NCBI GenBank assembly: GCA_938040735.1
Contig: CALHYE010000010.1
Coordinates: 14,806 to 78,805 of the forward strand
DNA length: 64,000 nucleotides
Direction: 5' to 3'
Source: an uncultured Bellilinea sp.
Lineage (GTDB): Bacteria; Chloroflexota; Anaerolineae; Anaerolineales; Anaerolineaceae
Shown here: positions 49,820-61,444 of the stretch, one piece after another
How the letters are laid out: every line of letters begins with the position of its first letter
Position numbering within the stretch: the stretch's first letter is position 1
Notes under the pieces: model-generated
What the model was told of the DNA's origin: nothing
Database searches by the model: none
Seen by the model: only the letters and a program-made list of their open reading frames with translations
Translations under genes and position numbers: made by a program

Positions 49820-51727
49820 TCAGGCTGGTTGTTTGAGGGGGACTTTGACCGGACGGCGAGGAACTTCCGGACATTTCCAATGGCTGCCGGGATTGTTGCG
49901 GCGCAGGTCGGCATACTTCGGCAGAATGCCGCAAGCAAAACAACCCTGCCGGCAGTCATTTTGAGTTTTTTCTACCAGAGAGGCGTGATATTCACTCAAT
50001 AAGTAGGCTTTACGCACCCCGCTGAAAATGTGATCCCATGGGAAGGTCTCATCTTCTGTTCTTTGGCGGTGGGTATAAAAAGCGGGGTCAAGGCTGTGAA
50101 TAGCAAAGGCTTGCTGCCAAAGCGCAAATTGAAATTGATCCTGCCAGGCATCAAATTTTGCGCCCAATCGCCAAGCAGTTTCGATGACCCCCGCCAAACG
50201 CCGATCCCCCCGTGAGAGCCAAGCTTCCATCAAGGTTTCGTGAGGGTTGTTCCAGGTTAATTTGAATCCCGGCCCGCGCAGTTCACGTTTGAGGAGAGAC
50301 TGCTTGGTTTCGATCTGTTCCAGCGTATCGCAGGCAACCCACTGGAAGGGGGTATGCGGTTTGGGAACAAAGGTGCTGACCCCGGCGTGAAGAGTAGCGC
50401 GTTTGCCAATCGCTTTACGGCCTTCCGCCAGGACTGCTTTGCAAACATCGGCGATTGCCTGAACGTCCTCAATTGTTTCGGAAGGATGTCCAATCATGAA
50501 GTAAAGTTTGATGGTTGTCCATCCGCGCGAGTAGATTTCTTTTGCCGTATCCAGCAGTTGCTGGGTGGAAATTGGCTTATTGATGATATTACGCATCCGC
50601 TCGGTGGCGGCTTCCGGCGCAAGAGTAAAGCCGCCCTGACGTGAGCCACGCAATTTTTCCATTAAATTCACTGAGAAGGACTCAATTCGCAGGGATGGAA
50701 GCGAGATGGTTAGGTAATAATCGCTGGTTTCGGCAGCAACCCGGCTGACCAGATCAAGGATATGCGTGTAGTCAGAGGAAGAAAGGGATAGAAGAGCAAC
50801 TTCCTCAAAACCGGTTGCATCGAGGGCTTCCCGCACAGCCGAAACAATTTCATCCACACCTCGTTCGCGCACTGGCCGCGTGACCATGCCGGCGTGACAA
50901 AACCGACAGCCGCGCGTGCAGCCCCGCATAATTTCAACCGAAACGCGGTTATGCACCACGCTGATCGAAGGTACGATAAAACGTGTTGGCGGTTTGGGTA
51001 GTTGAGCAACCAATCGCTTTGTAATCTGGGGAGGGGCATTGGGATGCAAACGACGGATGGAACGGATGGTGCCATCCTGGTTGTATTCAGGCTCATAGAA
51101 AGAGGGGACGTAAATGCCCTCAATTTTGGCTAGCTCAGACAGTAAATCCAATCGTGAGGAAGGATTTTGTTTCCATGTTTGATAAGTGTTGACGATCTCA
51201 TGGATGATTTCTTCCCCTTCTCCGATTACAAAAGCATCAAAGAATGGCGCAATAGGTTCAGGATTGTATACAGCGTGACCCCCGGCGATTACCAACGGGT
51301 CGCGGATGGTGCGATTCTTACTATGGAGCGGAATTTCTGCCAGGTCAAGCAGATTGAGGACATTTGTATACAGGGTTTCGTACGGTAATGTAATTCCAAG
51401 GATATCAAAATAACGGACGGGAGTTTTGGATTCGAGCGCGTAAAGCGGGATGCCGTGTTGACGCATGGCGGCTTCCATATCCACCCATGGCAGGTAGACT
51501 CGCTCAGCGAGGACATCCGGTCGCTCGTTGAGAATGTGATAGAGGATGGTCAGGCCAAGATTAGGGACGCCAATATCATAAATGTCCGGGAATGCAAGAG
51601 CCACACGGGTCTTGACTAAATTCCAATCTTTGAGAACCTGATTCAGTTCCCCGCCGACATAACGGCCGGGTTTTTCAACGGTTAGCAGGATGCGTTCAAG
51701 ACGCTCCATGACGGTGTTTTGTTTCAT
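49820..51727 (-). CDS. Radical SAM protein (TIGR03960-like)
   Basis: KPGRYVGGE, FPDIYDIG, RGCTRGCRFC, APEAA and FVPKPHTPFQW motifs. Confidence 0.92.
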   Translation of the reverse strand: MKQNTVMERLERILLTVEKPGRYVGGELNQVLKDWNLVKTRVALAFPDIYDIGVPNLGLTILYHILNERPDVLAERVYLPWVDMEAAMRQHGIPLYALESKTPVRYFDILGITLPYETLYTNVLNLLDLAEIPLHSKNRTIRDPLVIAGGHAVYNPEPIAPFFDAFVIGEGEEIIHEIVNTYQTWKQNPSSRLDLLSELAKIEGIYVPSFYEPEYNQDGTIRSIRRLHPNAPPQITKRLVAQLPKPPTRFIVPSISVVHNRVSVEIMRGCTRGCRFCHAGMVTRPVRERGVDEIVSAVREALDATGFEEVALLSLSSSDYTHILDLVSRVAAETSDYYLTISLPSLRIESFSVNLMEKLRGSRQGGFTLAPEAATERMRNIINKPISTQQLLDTAKEIYSRGWTTIKLYFMIGHPSETIEDVQAIADVCKAVLAEGRKAIGKRATLHAGVSTFVPKPHTPFQWVACDTLEQIETKQSLLKRELRGPGFKLTWNNPHETLMEAWLSRGDRRLAGVIETAWRLGAKFDAWQDQFQFALWQQAFAIHSLDPAFYTHRQRTEDETFPWDHIFSGVRKAYLLSEYHASLVEKTQNDCRQGCFACGILPKYADLRRNNPGSHWKCPEVPRRPVKVPLKQPA

Positions 51728-51798
51728 GTTATTGAATTACCTTTTTTTATAACCAATAAATACCGGCTATTTTTCTATTTTACCCTATTTTATCCAAT

Positions 51799-52590
51799 TT
51801 ATAGGGTGGCGCGGTAAAAACCGCCATCCACTGCAATCATGCTACCGGTGATGTAGCTGGCCGCCGGTGAAACCAGAAAAACGGCAACGCGGGCAAATTC
51901 TTGCGGGTCGGCCAGGCGGCCAAGGGCAATTTGAGAGGCAATTTTCTGCCTTTCCTCTTCAATCGTTGAATGATTGGTCTGAGCGCGGTGTTGTAACAAA
52001 TGCTCAACCCTCTCCGTGGCTGTCCAGCCGGGTAAAATGGAATTAAAGCGAATGCCATCTTTGCCTAATTCAAGTGCGAGGCTTTTGGTCAGACCGATAG
52101 TAGCCGCCCGGACGCTATTGGAAAGAACCAGACCTTCAATGGGTTGTTTGACCGAGATGGAGGTGACTGTTAGAACCGCCGGCGCTGCCGATTTGCGCAG
52201 GTGTGGCAAAGCCGCCCGAATCAAGGCGACCGCTGATATAAAGTTGAGATTAACCGCATTGTACCAATCCTCAAGGTCGAAGGTCTCAAATTTGCCGGCT
52301 GGCGGCCCACCGGCATTGGTGATGAGAATGTCTATTCCTCCCCATTCCTGAACCACCCTTTCAACCATTTGATTGGCCGTTTCGGGTTGACTCACATCTC
52401 CGGCGATGGTTAAAACGGGAGAGCCGGTCAGGCTTTTAATTTTTTGGGACGCCGTTTCGAGGTTTTGTGGATTTCGGCTATTCAGAGCAACACGCGATCC
52501 TTCCTGTGCCAGTAGCAGGGCTGTGGTAAATCCCAAGCCGCGGCTTGCTCCGGTTACGATTGCGATTTTGTCGCGTAGATTTAGATCCAT
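51799..52590 (-). CDS. SDR oxidoreductase
   Basis: TGASRGLG, NAGGPP, SNSVRAA and VDGG motifs. Confidence 0.9.
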   Translation of the reverse strand: MDLNLRDKIAIVTGASRGLGFTTALLLAQEGSRVALNSRNPQNLETASQKIKSLTGSPVLTIAGDVSQPETANQMVERVVQEWGGIDILITNAGGPPAGKFETFDLEDWYNAVNLNFISAVALIRAALPHLRKSAAPAVLTVTSISVKQPIEGLVLSNSVRAATIGLTKSLALELGKDGIRFNSILPGWTATERVEHLLQHRAQTNHSTIEEERQKIASQIALGRLADPQEFARVAVFLVSPAASYITGSMIAVDGGFYRATL

Positions 52591-52606
52591 AACTTTGCCC
52601 TTTCAG

Positions 52607-52894
52607 TTAAAAGCATTCAATTCGGTGATCAACAATCGGCAGGTTGGGAAATTGATTCTCTACAAAGGTGTGAACTTTTTGTAACGAATGAGTTGCAAAA
52701 GCGCAATCATTACACACCAGAGCGCAGGCAATCAAACTTTCCTGCCAGTGGTCGTTCAAACCAATTTCGGCGACTGAGATGTTGAACTCTTTATGCAAGC
52801 GGCTCAGTAGAGATTTTAACAAACTGCGCTTTTGTTTAAGCGACAGAGAATGCGGCAGATGAATGTGAAGGACTAATAGACCGATGGTGGGCAT
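52607..52894 (-). CDS. DUF503 (YlxP-like) protein
   Basis: SLKQKRS...FNISVAE...D.WQ motif. Confidence 0.88.
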   Translation of the reverse strand: MPTIGLLVLHIHLPHSLSLKQKRSLLKSLLSRLHKEFNISVAEIGLNDHWQESLIACALVCNDCAFATHSLQKVHTFVENQFPNLPIVDHRIECF

Positions 52895-53017
52895 TTTGAA
52901 AACCTTGTTATTATTGTAGTCAGGCAAGCGCTGGCGTCAAGCAAGTTGCTCATTATCTTGTGAAAAAGGTTGGGCTTAGGTACAATACATAGCAATTCAA
53001 GGAATACTGGAAAACCG

Positions 53018-54397
53018 ATGAACTTTGATCCACAAGAATACCAAAATGTTTTAGATTATTTGTACAGTTTTGTAGATTATAGCCTTACTCGTAATTTGCA
53101 ATTTTCAGCCGAAAAATTTGACCTCAGCCGGATGTCTGAGTTATTAAATTACCTGGGAGATCCTCACAGGAAATATCCGGTTATTCATGTTGCCGGAACA
53201 AAGGGGAAAGGTTCGACGGCGGCAATGATCGCAGCGGTTTTACAGGCCGCAGGGTACAAAACGGGTTTTTATATTTCGCCGCATCTGGAAGATTTTTGTG
53301 AGAGGATTCAAATTAATCGCCATAATATCCCTCCATCCCGGCTGGTGGAAGTGGTGAATCAAATCAAGTCGGCTGTAAACAAAATTGAACGCCTGACCAC
53401 CTTTGAATTAACAACTGCGGCCGGATTTTTGTATTTTGCAGAAGAAAAGGTGGATGTTGCTGTTGTTGAAGTGGGTCTGGGGGGAAGATTGGATGCAACA
53501 AACCTCGTTGACCCGTTGGTATCGGTGATTACCTCGATCTCGTTGGATCATACCAAAGTGCTCGGAGATACCCTTGAGAAGATAGCGAAAGAAAAAGCCG
53601 GAATCATCAAAGCCGGAAGGCCGGTAGTGAGTTCACCTCAAAAACCGGAAGCCATGCGAGCGATTGAGCAAATTGCTGCGGCGAGAAACTCTCAGTTGAT
53701 TGTATCTGATCGGGAATATCAGGTTGAAGTGCTGGAACGCAGCCTGGCTTACCAGAGATTACACATACAGCCGCGCAAAACATCCGGTCAAGATGCGTTG
53801 GAAGTTCAATTGCCATTGCTGGGCGATCATCAAATCGAAAACGCCTTGACGGCTTTGTGCGCATTAGATCAAGCAAACCAACAGGGGCTGACGATTTCTC
53901 GCCCCTCAATTCAGAGCGGCTTATCACGAGTTTATTGGGAGGGCAGGTTTGAACTTCTCAACCTTCATCCCTCCATTGTGGTGGATGCAGCCCACAACCG
54001 CTATTCAGCGTTAAAATTGATTCAGACAGTTGATCAATACTTTCCAAATCAACCTCTGATTCTGGTGTTTGGCGCCTCGGATGATAAAGATATTGCCGGT
54101 ATGCTGGCAGAGTTGCTTCCCCGTGCGGATGAAGTCATCTTCACTCAGTCCATCCATCCACGCTCATACCGCGCCGATCAACTTTTCGAACTGGCATCGG
54201 AATACTCTCTCCCCAAATGGGTGATTGTGCCTCTTGAAGAAGCCATGGAGCAAGCAATTCACCGAATTCACTCCGAGGATACCCTTCTATTGATTACCGG
54301 CAGTATATTTGTGGCGGCCGGAGCGCGCAAATTTCTCAGAGAAATCTTGGCACGCTCTGAAATAAAAACTCGGCTAAGCCGAATGCCAATATCATGA
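53018..54397 (+). CDS. folC: Folylpolyglutamate/dihydrofolate synthase
   Basis: [31 protein letters not shown] and TGS motifs. Confidence 0.96.
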   Translation: MNFDPQEYQNVLDYLYSFVDYSLTRNLQFSAEKFDLSRMSELLNYLGDPHRKYPVIHVAGTKGKGSTAAMIAAVLQAAGYKTGFYISPHLEDFCERIQINRHNIPPSRLVEVVNQIKSAVNKIERLTTFELTTAAGFLYFAEEKVDVAVVEVGLGGRLDATNLVDPLVSVITSISLDHTKVLGDTLEKIAKEKAGIIKAGRPVVSSPQKPEAMRAIEQIAAARNSQLIVSDREYQVEVLERSLAYQRLHIQPRKTSGQDALEVQLPLLGDHQIENALTALCALDQANQQGLTISRPSIQSGLSRVYWEGRFELLNLHPSIVVDAAHNRYSALKLIQTVDQYFPNQPLILVFGASDDKDIAGMLAELLPRADEVIFTQSIHPRSYRADQLFELASEYSLPKWVIVPLEEAMEQAIHRIHSEDTLLLITGSIFVAAGARKFLREILARSEIKTRLSRMPIS

Positions 54398-54407
54398 GTG
54401 CAGGGTT

Positions 54408-56921
54408 ATGAAAAAAGATAATTGGTTACCCAAAGATAGCGATTTTGAAGAATTCTCTTCGTCTTTACATCAGCGGACAGAGGAACTTTATCAGGTGCCG
54501 GACGCTGAACCGGACGAAAACGGTTTGATTGAGTGTGCGGCGTTGATTATGCGGGATATGGTGATCTATCCCCGGATGGTTTCCCCGATATTCATCATTC
54601 CGGGGTCAAACTTACAGGCAATTGAAGAGGCTCAATTCAATTTTGAAACAATGATTGCTTTGGTATTGAAAGATGCCGATATTGAAGACCCACAACCGGA
54701 AGACTTTTTACCGATTGGGGTAGAAATTGCCGTGGGGCGATTGTTGAATATCCCGGATGGCAACAATTCGGCATTAATTCAGGGCCGCCGCCGGGTGGAA
54801 ATCGTCGAATTCGTGCAGACCGAGCCGTATTATCGAGTGCGCGCCCGACCGATTGTAGAGCCTTCAAAAATTGGCAGACAGACTGAGGCGTTAATGCGCA
54901 CCACCCGCGATTTGTTTGAACGGTGCGTTCAATTGGACCGTAGCCTGCCGGAAGAAGCGCATTTATTTTCTTTGAATATCCATGAGCCGGGCTGGCTGGC
55001 GGATATGGTCGCTACGGCGATTTCGCTGCCGAACAGCGAGCGGCAGGCATTGCTTTTACTGGTTGATCCGGTTGATCGGTTGAAGCGAGTTAACTGGCTG
55101 CTGGCGCAAGAATTGGATGTTTTGCAATTAGAGGACGAAATTCAAAATCGAGTTCAGAGCGAGGTGGATCGCAGTCAGCGGGAGTTCTATCTGCGCGAGC
55201 AAATGAAAGCGATTCAGACCGAATTGGGGGAAGGCGATATATTTAGCCGCGAAGTAACCGAATTACGGGAAAAGATTCTCTCTACACCCATGCCGGATGA
55301 AGTGCGTAGCGCAGCCCTCAAAGAAGTGGATCGCCTTTCGCAAATGCCTTCAATGGCTCCGGAGGTGGGAATCATCCGTACCTATCTGGATTGGATATTA
55401 GAACTGCCGTGGGTACAGGAAACTGAGGATAACCTGGATGTGGCTAATGCCGCCAAGGTATTGGAAAAATATCATTACGGCCTTGGCAAAGCCAAAGACC
55501 GGATTCTGGAATATATCGCTGTCCGCAGTCTTAAGCCCAAAAGGTTAAGACAGCCCATTTTATGCTTTGTAGGTGCGCCTGGCACAGGGAAAACCTCCCT
55601 GGGACGCTCGATTGCAGAAGCGCTGGGGCGAAAATTTGTGAGAGTTTCGCTGGGTGGAGTAAGAGATGAGGCTGAAATTCGCGGCCACCGGCGAACTTAC
55701 ATTGGAGCAATGCCAGGCCGGATCTTACAAACCATGCGCCGGGCAGGCACGATCAATCCCCTTTTTATGCTGGATGAGATAGATAAACTGGGATCGGATT
55801 TTCGGGGTGATCCATCTGCTGCGCTGTTAGAGGTGCTTGACCCGGAGCAGAACCATGCCTTTTCGGATCATTATCTTGAACTGCCCTATGATCTTTCTAA
55901 AGTTATGTTTATCACAACGGCCAATACGCTGGCCACCATCCCGCCGGCATTGATGGACCGAATGGAAATCATTGAATTTCCCGGTTACATTGAGGAAGAA
56001 AAGCTGGAAATTGCCTATCGCTTTCTGATTCCGCGCCAGTTGGAGGAAAGCGGTTTAGAGGGGGAGGAAATCAGTTTTCAAGAAAAGACGTTGCGAAAAA
56101 TCATCCGCGAGTACACCTACGAGGCTGGGGTTCGAAATTTAGAGCGGGAAATTGGCAGAATGTGCCGTAAACTGGCAAGGCTGAAGTCGGAAGGGAAATT
56201 CTACCCCCACCGTTTGCAACCCGAACTGGTTGAAAAGTTTTTAGGTCCGCCCCAATTTTTTATGACCGAAGCGGAGAAAAAAGATGAGGTGGGAGTGGCC
56301 ACTGCCATTGCCTGGACCGAAAATGGCGGAGAAATTATGCCGGTGGAAGTGGCGATCCTCGAAGGCAAAGGCAACCTGCAAATCACTGGTCAGGTCGGAG
56401 AAGTGATGCAAGAATCAGCCCAGGCGGCTTTGTCCTATCTCAAATCACGCGCCAGAGAATTGGAAATTGACCCAGAGGTATTTGAAAGACTGGATATTCA
56501 CATTCATATCCCGGAAGGGGCGATTCCCAAAGATGGACCGAGCGCGGGTATCACGATTGCTACGGCATTGATATCGGCATTGACCGAGCGGGGTGTTTCA
56601 AAAGATGTGGGGATGACCGGAGAAATTACCCTGCGAGGACGCGTACTTCCTGTGGGAGGGGTGCGGGAAAAGGTACTGGCCGCCCACCGGGCTGGTTTGA
56701 AGATTGTCATTCTGCCCCAGAGGAATTTGAAAGACCTGATTGATCTGCCAAAGAAGGTCCGGCAGGATTTGCAAATCAAACCGGTAACTCACATGGATGA
56801 GGTGCTGGAGATTGCCCTTGGACCTAAGCCCCAAAAAGAACCCGGGCGTGGACGAAAGCACGCTTCAAGGAAATCTGAAAAAAGCGAAGAAGGGGAAGTG
56901 AAAGAAACCTCTGAGGCTTAA
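54408..56921 (+). CDS. lon: Lon protease
   Basis: [23 protein letters not shown] (catalytic Ser) and GGVREK motifs. Confidence 0.98.
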   Translation: MKKDNWLPKDSDFEEFSSSLHQRTEELYQVPDAEPDENGLIECAALIMRDMVIYPRMVSPIFIIPGSNLQAIEEAQFNFETMIALVLKDADIEDPQPEDFLPIGVEIAVGRLLNIPDGNNSALIQGRRRVEIVEFVQTEPYYRVRARPIVEPSKIGRQTEALMRTTRDLFERCVQLDRSLPEEAHLFSLNIHEPGWLADMVATAISLPNSERQALLLLVDPVDRLKRVNWLLAQELDVLQLEDEIQNRVQSEVDRSQREFYLREQMKAIQTELGEGDIFSREVTELREKILSTPMPDEVRSAALKEVDRLSQMPSMAPEVGIIRTYLDWILELPWVQETEDNLDVANAAKVLEKYHYGLGKAKDRILEYIAVRSLKPKRLRQPILCFVGAPGTGKTSLGRSIAEALGRKFVRVSLGGVRDEAEIRGHRRTYIGAMPGRILQTMRRAGTINPLFMLDEIDKLGSDFRGDPSAALLEVLDPEQNHAFSDHYLELPYDLSKVMFITTANTLATIPPALMDRMEIIEFPGYIEEEKLEIAYRFLIPRQLEESGLEGEEISFQEKTLRKIIREYTYEAGVRNLEREIGRMCRKLARLKSEGKFYPHRLQPELVEKFLGPPQFFMTEAEKKDEVGVATAIAWTENGGEIMPVEVAILEGKGNLQITGQVGEVMQESAQAALSYLKSRARELEIDPEVFERLDIHIHIPEGAIPKDGPSAGITIATALISALTERGVSKDVGMTGEITLRGRVLPVGGVREKVLAAHRAGLKIVILPQRNLKDLIDLPKKVRQDLQIKPVTHMDEVLEIALGPKPQKEPGRGRKHASRKSEKSEEGEVKETSEA

Positions 56922-56924
56922 ATG

Positions 56925-56951
56925 AAAAGGCAGCCGTGCGGCTGCCTTTTT
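56925..56951. terminator. Bidirectional Rho-independent terminator
   Basis: AAAAGGCAGCC-loop-GGCTGCCTTTTT between convergent genes. Confidence 0.88.
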
Positions 56952-56961
56952 GTTATTCTCC

Positions 56962-57450
56962 TTAAACCTTGTCCTGTTGAATCGGGTTTGGCGTTATCGC
57001 CTGTTGACGTTCGCTTTGCAGGGCTCTGACGCCGTTGCGTACCTGATTGAGCATTTTTTCCAATTCAACTTCCAGCCGAGAGAGCGATTCGAGAACGTAC
57101 TCATCCGCATCGCGCTTGGTTGATTCGGTTTCCATACGGGCTTGCTGAATGATTTGTTCGGCGCGGGCGTGGGCAGCTTGAATAATCGCATCCCGCTCAA
57201 TCATCTGTTCGGCCTTTTCTCGAGCCAGCTGGATGGTTCGATTAGCCTCTTCTTGAGCCTGAGCAAGAATTCGATCCCTCTGAGCAAGGATTTGTTGGGC
57301 TTTCTTAATTTCTTCCGGAATGGATACCCGCATCTGGTCAATCAGGTCCAACATACGATCCTCATCCACCATCACCGAATGGGTGAACCAGATTGGACGG
57401 CTTTCATTGAATAATTCTTCTAAACGATCTACCAAATGCAGTATGTCCAT
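56962..57450 (-). CDS. Conserved coiled-coil protein typically found downstream of coaD
   Basis: LVDRLEEL..., IPEEIKKAQ, ADEY and Ala/Gln/Glu heptads. Confidence 0.8.
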   Translation of the reverse strand: MDILHLVDRLEELFNESRPIWFTHSVMVDEDRMLDLIDQMRVSIPEEIKKAQQILAQRDRILAQAQEEANRTIQLAREKAEQMIERDAIIQAAHARAEQIIQQARMETESTKRDADEYVLESLSRLEVELEKMLNQVRNGVRALQSERQQAITPNPIQQDKV

Positions 57451-57521
57451 TTTCTCCTCCGCTTTCCAAGCCTGAGAAAGGGTGGTGCAATTTTCAAGCC
57501 AGTTAATTAATTATACGCATT

Positions 57522-58046
57522 TCAATCTCTTAATGCTGTAATTGGCACCACCGATTGTCCATCCCCGAGTTCACTGAATTTTTTCTTCAGAGCTTCCGCC
57601 ACATGAAAAGGTACCATGCTGCTGATATCTCCACCCAGTGAAGCAATTTCCCGCACGGTTGTCGAGGAAAGAAAGGTGTGTTGTTCGCTGGTAATCAAGG
57701 CGATCATTTCAATGTCGGGGTAGAGGCGATGATTAGCGAGGGCCATTCGGAATTCGTGTTCAAAATCGGAGAATACCCGTAATCCGCGGATAATCACTTG
57801 CGCTCCAACGTTTTTACAAAACTCGACTGTTAAGCCGCTGTAACCGACCACGGTAAATTTAGGCTCAGCATAGAAGGTTTGTTGAACGAGTTTCAATCTT
57901 TCTTCAGGCGTGAAGAGCAAATTTTTCAGTGGTTTGTTATAGACGGCGATGATGACTTCGTCGAAAAGACGTGCTGCCCGACGAGCAATGTCCATGTGTC
58001 CGTAGTGAATAGGGTCGAAAGTTCCGGGAAAGACAGCTCTGACCAT
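57522..58046 (-). CDS. coaD: Phosphopantetheine adenylyltransferase
   Basis: FPGTFDPIHYGH, IRGLR..SDFE and LSST motifs. Confidence 0.97.
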   Translation of the reverse strand: MVRAVFPGTFDPIHYGHMDIARRAARLFDEVIIAVYNKPLKNLLFTPEERLKLVQQTFYAEPKFTVVGYSGLTVEFCKNVGAQVIIRGLRVFSDFEHEFRMALANHRLYPDIEMIALITSEQHTFLSSTTVREIASLGGDISSMVPFHVAEALKKKFSELGDGQSVVPITALRD

Positions 58047-58057
58047 TGGATTTTTCC

Positions 58058-60520
58058 TTAACTGATGTCTCCTCGTCCTTCTCCCCAAAATGCGTTTAGT
58101 TTTTGGAGAAGAGGCTGATAACGAGGGTCACTTAACTGTGGGTCTTTTTCAAATAGTTGTTGGGCGAGGTTGCGGGCTTTTTCAATGGTATGCACATCGG
58201 TCAGATTGGCGATTTTTAAGTCGGCAAAACCGGCCTGTCGGGTGCCTAAGAATTCGCCGGGGCCGCGTTGTTGTAAATCCCGCTCGGCGAGAATAAAACC
58301 GTCATTAGTTTCAACCATAGCGGATAATCGTTCGTTTTCGGCGGCATCTTCATCGTCGGGGATGAGGATGCAGTAGGACTTTGCATTTCCACGCCCAACT
58401 CTGCCGCGAAACTGGTGCAATTGGGCGAGACCAAAGCGGTTTGCGCCTTCGATTAACATCACCGTCGCATTGGGTACGTCTACGCCTACCTCTATGACCG
58501 ATGTGGAAACCAGAATATGGAATTGCTTATCACGGAATTTTCGCATAACCTGTTCTTTTTCTTCCGGCCGCATTCGGCCGTGTAGAAGGCCAATTTTCAA
58601 ATCGGGGAAGACTTCCGTTTGAAGGCGTTGTTGTTGCTGTACTGCAGCAAGGGCATCTTCAGTTTGGGATTGTTCCTGATCCACGAGGGGGTAAATGATA
58701 AAAGCCTGATAACCTTGACGGATTTGGGAACGAATGAAAGAGTAAGCGCGTTCCCGCTCTAGAGGAGTAAAAATGTGGGTTTCAATCGGTTGGCGCCCGG
58801 CTGGCATCTCATCCATCACTGAGAGATCGAGGTCTCCATAAATGGTCAGAGCCAGCGATCTGGGAATGGGGGTAGCCGTCATAACCAGCAAGTGGGGATT
58901 ATCGCCTTTTTCGCGCAAGGCAGATCGTTGAGCAACCCCGAAGCGATGTTGTTCATCAATCACTGCCAGCTGAAGTTGTTTGAACTCAATCGGGTCTTCA
59001 ATAAGTGCATGTGTGCCGATTAATAATTTGATTTCACCAGCAAGAAGGGCTTGACGAATTTCCTGTTTTTCTTTTTCGGGGGTGTCTCCAACCAGTAAGC
59101 GCACTTCTCCTGGGGCGAACGGAGCCGCGTTGTCCGTATCACTGCGAACAAACAATTTCTGGAAACTGCGATAATGCTGTTCAGCAAGAATGCTGGTTGG
59201 TGCCATTAACGCTGCCTGCGAACCTGCCGCCGTCACCATGGCAATCGCCAGGGCTGCCACAACAGTTTTTCCAGAACCAACATCGCCTTGGAGTAAGCGG
59301 TTCATCGGACGGCCAGAGGATAAGTCGGTTCGTATTTCATGCACAGCCCTTTGTTGAGCATTGGTCAATGGGAAGGGAAGCCGGTTGATTTGGGTCGTCA
59401 GCCACTCGTCAGAAACCTGGAAAATATGAGCGGTTCGGTTCTGCCAATTCTGTTTTTGTCTTAACACTCCCAATTGAATGAGAAAAATTTCATCAAAAGC
59501 CAGTCTCTCACGAGCTGCATGGAGGTTTGCGTCATTGTCGGGAAAGTGAATTTGTCGGAGAGCATGAGAAATGGGGATCAGGTTTCCGGCAGTGCGAATT
59601 TCATCCGGTAGAAAATCGGCAACTCTTGCTGCCCAAAAAGTAACGGTCTGATACATGATCCGGCGGAGTACCTTTTGACTAAGCCCTGCGGTCAATGGGT
59701 AAACCGGAACAATCCGATTGGTGTGCAGATGTTCTTGATCGAGCAATTCCCAATCGGGATTATTCATGCACAATCTGCCCAGATACATGTCCACTTTGCC
59801 GGAAAGAACAACTTGAACGCCGGGGTGAATATTTTTTTCCATCCAGGGTTGATTAAACCAAGAAACGCGCAGCGAACCGGTGCCATCCGAGATGACTGCC
59901 TCAAATAAAGTCCGGTTGCCCTTAATCTCTCGAAGCTGGGATTTTTGCACTGTGCCGGCAACCGATAACTCCTCTCCGAAGCGCAATTGATTGATCGGCT
60001 TCATTTTTGAGAAATCATCATAGCGGCGGGGAAAGAAGTACAACAGGTCTTCCAGTTTTTGAAGTCCTAATTTTTCGAGGTTTTGGGCATTTTTAGCGCC
60101 GACCCCGGGCAAAACCTTCAGACTGGCATCCAAACCCGCAGGCCGACTGTTTTCTACTTTTGGCGAACGGCGGGGTGGGTCGGTTGGCGGGGAAGTTTTT
60201 ATTGTGCTTATTTGCGGGTATTCTATTTTCTCAACATCTGAGGAATTGAGGGAGAAGTCCGGCGTGAAATTTGAGGCATTCTCAACAATTTGAAGTATAT
60301 CCTGAACAATTTGCTCACGCTGTTCAAAAGAGAGGGCGGGGTATTGGGTTAATCGGTTAAGAATCTGCTGAATAACGGAAGGTTGAATTCCTTCTCGGTT
60401 GGCTTCCTGCTCCCAAGCGGGAATAATTTTATCCAATCCTCCAACGACGGCCCGATTATCAAACCCCCGTTCTATTTCAAGTTTGAGAAACTTTTTAATT
60501 TTTTCTAATGCAGATGACAT
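58058..60520 (-). CDS. recG: ATP-dependent DNA helicase RecG
   Basis: QGDVGSGKT, DEQHRFG, TATPIPR, QFRGRVGRG and RGPGE motifs. Confidence 0.98.
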   Translation of the reverse strand: MSSALEKIKKFLKLEIERGFDNRAVVGGLDKIIPAWEQEANREGIQPSVIQQILNRLTQYPALSFEQREQIVQDILQIVENASNFTPDFSLNSSDVEKIEYPQISTIKTSPPTDPPRRSPKVENSRPAGLDASLKVLPGVGAKNAQNLEKLGLQKLEDLLYFFPRRYDDFSKMKPINQLRFGEELSVAGTVQKSQLREIKGNRTLFEAVISDGTGSLRVSWFNQPWMEKNIHPGVQVVLSGKVDMYLGRLCMNNPDWELLDQEHLHTNRIVPVYPLTAGLSQKVLRRIMYQTVTFWAARVADFLPDEIRTAGNLIPISHALRQIHFPDNDANLHAARERLAFDEIFLIQLGVLRQKQNWQNRTAHIFQVSDEWLTTQINRLPFPLTNAQQRAVHEIRTDLSSGRPMNRLLQGDVGSGKTVVAALAIAMVTAAGSQAALMAPTSILAEQHYRSFQKLFVRSDTDNAAPFAPGEVRLLVGDTPEKEKQEIRQALLAGEIKLLIGTHALIEDPIEFKQLQLAVIDEQHRFGVAQRSALREKGDNPHLLVMTATPIPRSLALTIYGDLDLSVMDEMPAGRQPIETHIFTPLERERAYSFIRSQIRQGYQAFIIYPLVDQEQSQTEDALAAVQQQQRLQTEVFPDLKIGLLHGRMRPEEKEQVMRKFRDKQFHILVSTSVIEVGVDVPNATVMLIEGANRFGLAQLHQFRGRVGRGNAKSYCILIPDDEDAAENERLSAMVETNDGFILAERDLQQRGPGEFLGTRQAGFADLKIANLTDVHTIEKARNLAQQLFEKDPQLSDPRYQPLLQKLNAFWGEGRGDIS

Positions 60521-60578
60521 GAGATAATTTTACCCTATTCTACAATGCAGGTTTTTGATTGGGCATGGTGATATTCAT

Positions 60579-61439
60579 TTATTCATATTCGGCTACATTT
60601 TCTACGGCAATCAACCCCACCATTTTTGGGCTGAAGAGAAGTGCGGTTGCCAAATTGAGATTATGTTCGCTATACGAGGCTTGCGGATAATTTTCGAGGA
60701 ATACCTGACGCATACCACGTGTTTCGGGTAATAAAGATGGAACACTCTGGACGACCGCAATGTGATAGAGGTTATCAAACTCTTCAACGAATTCGATGAA
60801 AAATTCGGTTATATTTCGGATATTGCGCATTTTTTCAATGGGCGTCAGACGTTCATCCTCAAACGAAAATACAGGCAGCATTGAAAGCAATTCACCCGCA
60901 ATAGCCTGTGCTGGGTCTATAATGCCGTTTTGAGCGAGGTAAGAGAGTCCCGGACAACAAACGATAGAATAAATATGAGCTGCCTGTTGTCTGACGATGT
61001 GTTCTACTTCCGCTAAATTTGCCCCTTCGTGAATGAGCTGGGCAGCCAGTTGTGCCAGCATTCCTAACCCGGCCGAAAAAGTGTTGGTGTCAACTACAAC
61101 CACCGGCATCCTGCCCTGAAGGCTTGAAGCGGCGAGACTGGCGTTTTGAAATGCGGAGCTCAGGTGCGAGGAATGTACCAAAACCAGCACTTCGTCAAAC
61201 TCGCTGCCCATCCCGGCCAAGATCTGGTGGAATTTTTCGGCGGTGGGTGGGTGTAATTTTGGGGCGCCTTGACCTCGGACAAAATGGGGAAGTTGTGAAA
61301 CTTTTAATCCATCTCCTTCCGGGTAAATTTTGCCATTAAAGGCAACATTGTGGGTAGCGATCCGAATTGAATTTTGTCCCGGGAAAGAGTGACGAGGAAA
61401 TTGAGCAGTATTGTCAACCAGAACGCCAATCTTTCTCAT
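60579..61439 (-). CDS. DegV-family fatty-acid binding protein (FakB-like)
   Basis: VDNTA, SSHLS, VVDT..SAGLG and L...G.I motifs; follows the DAK2 gene. Confidence 0.85.
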   Translation of the reverse strand: MRKIGVLVDNTAQFPRHSFPGQNSIRIATHNVAFNGKIYPEGDGLKVSQLPHFVRGQGAPKLHPPTAEKFHQILAGMGSEFDEVLVLVHSSHLSSAFQNASLAASSLQGRMPVVVVDTNTFSAGLGMLAQLAAQLIHEGANLAEVEHIVRQQAAHIYSIVCCPGLSYLAQNGIIDPAQAIAGELLSMLPVFSFEDERLTPIEKMRNIRNITEFFIEFVEEFDNLYHIAVVQSVPSLLPETRGMRQVFLENYPQASYSEHNLNLATALLFSPKMVGLIAVENVAEYE

Positions 61440-61444
61440 TTGGT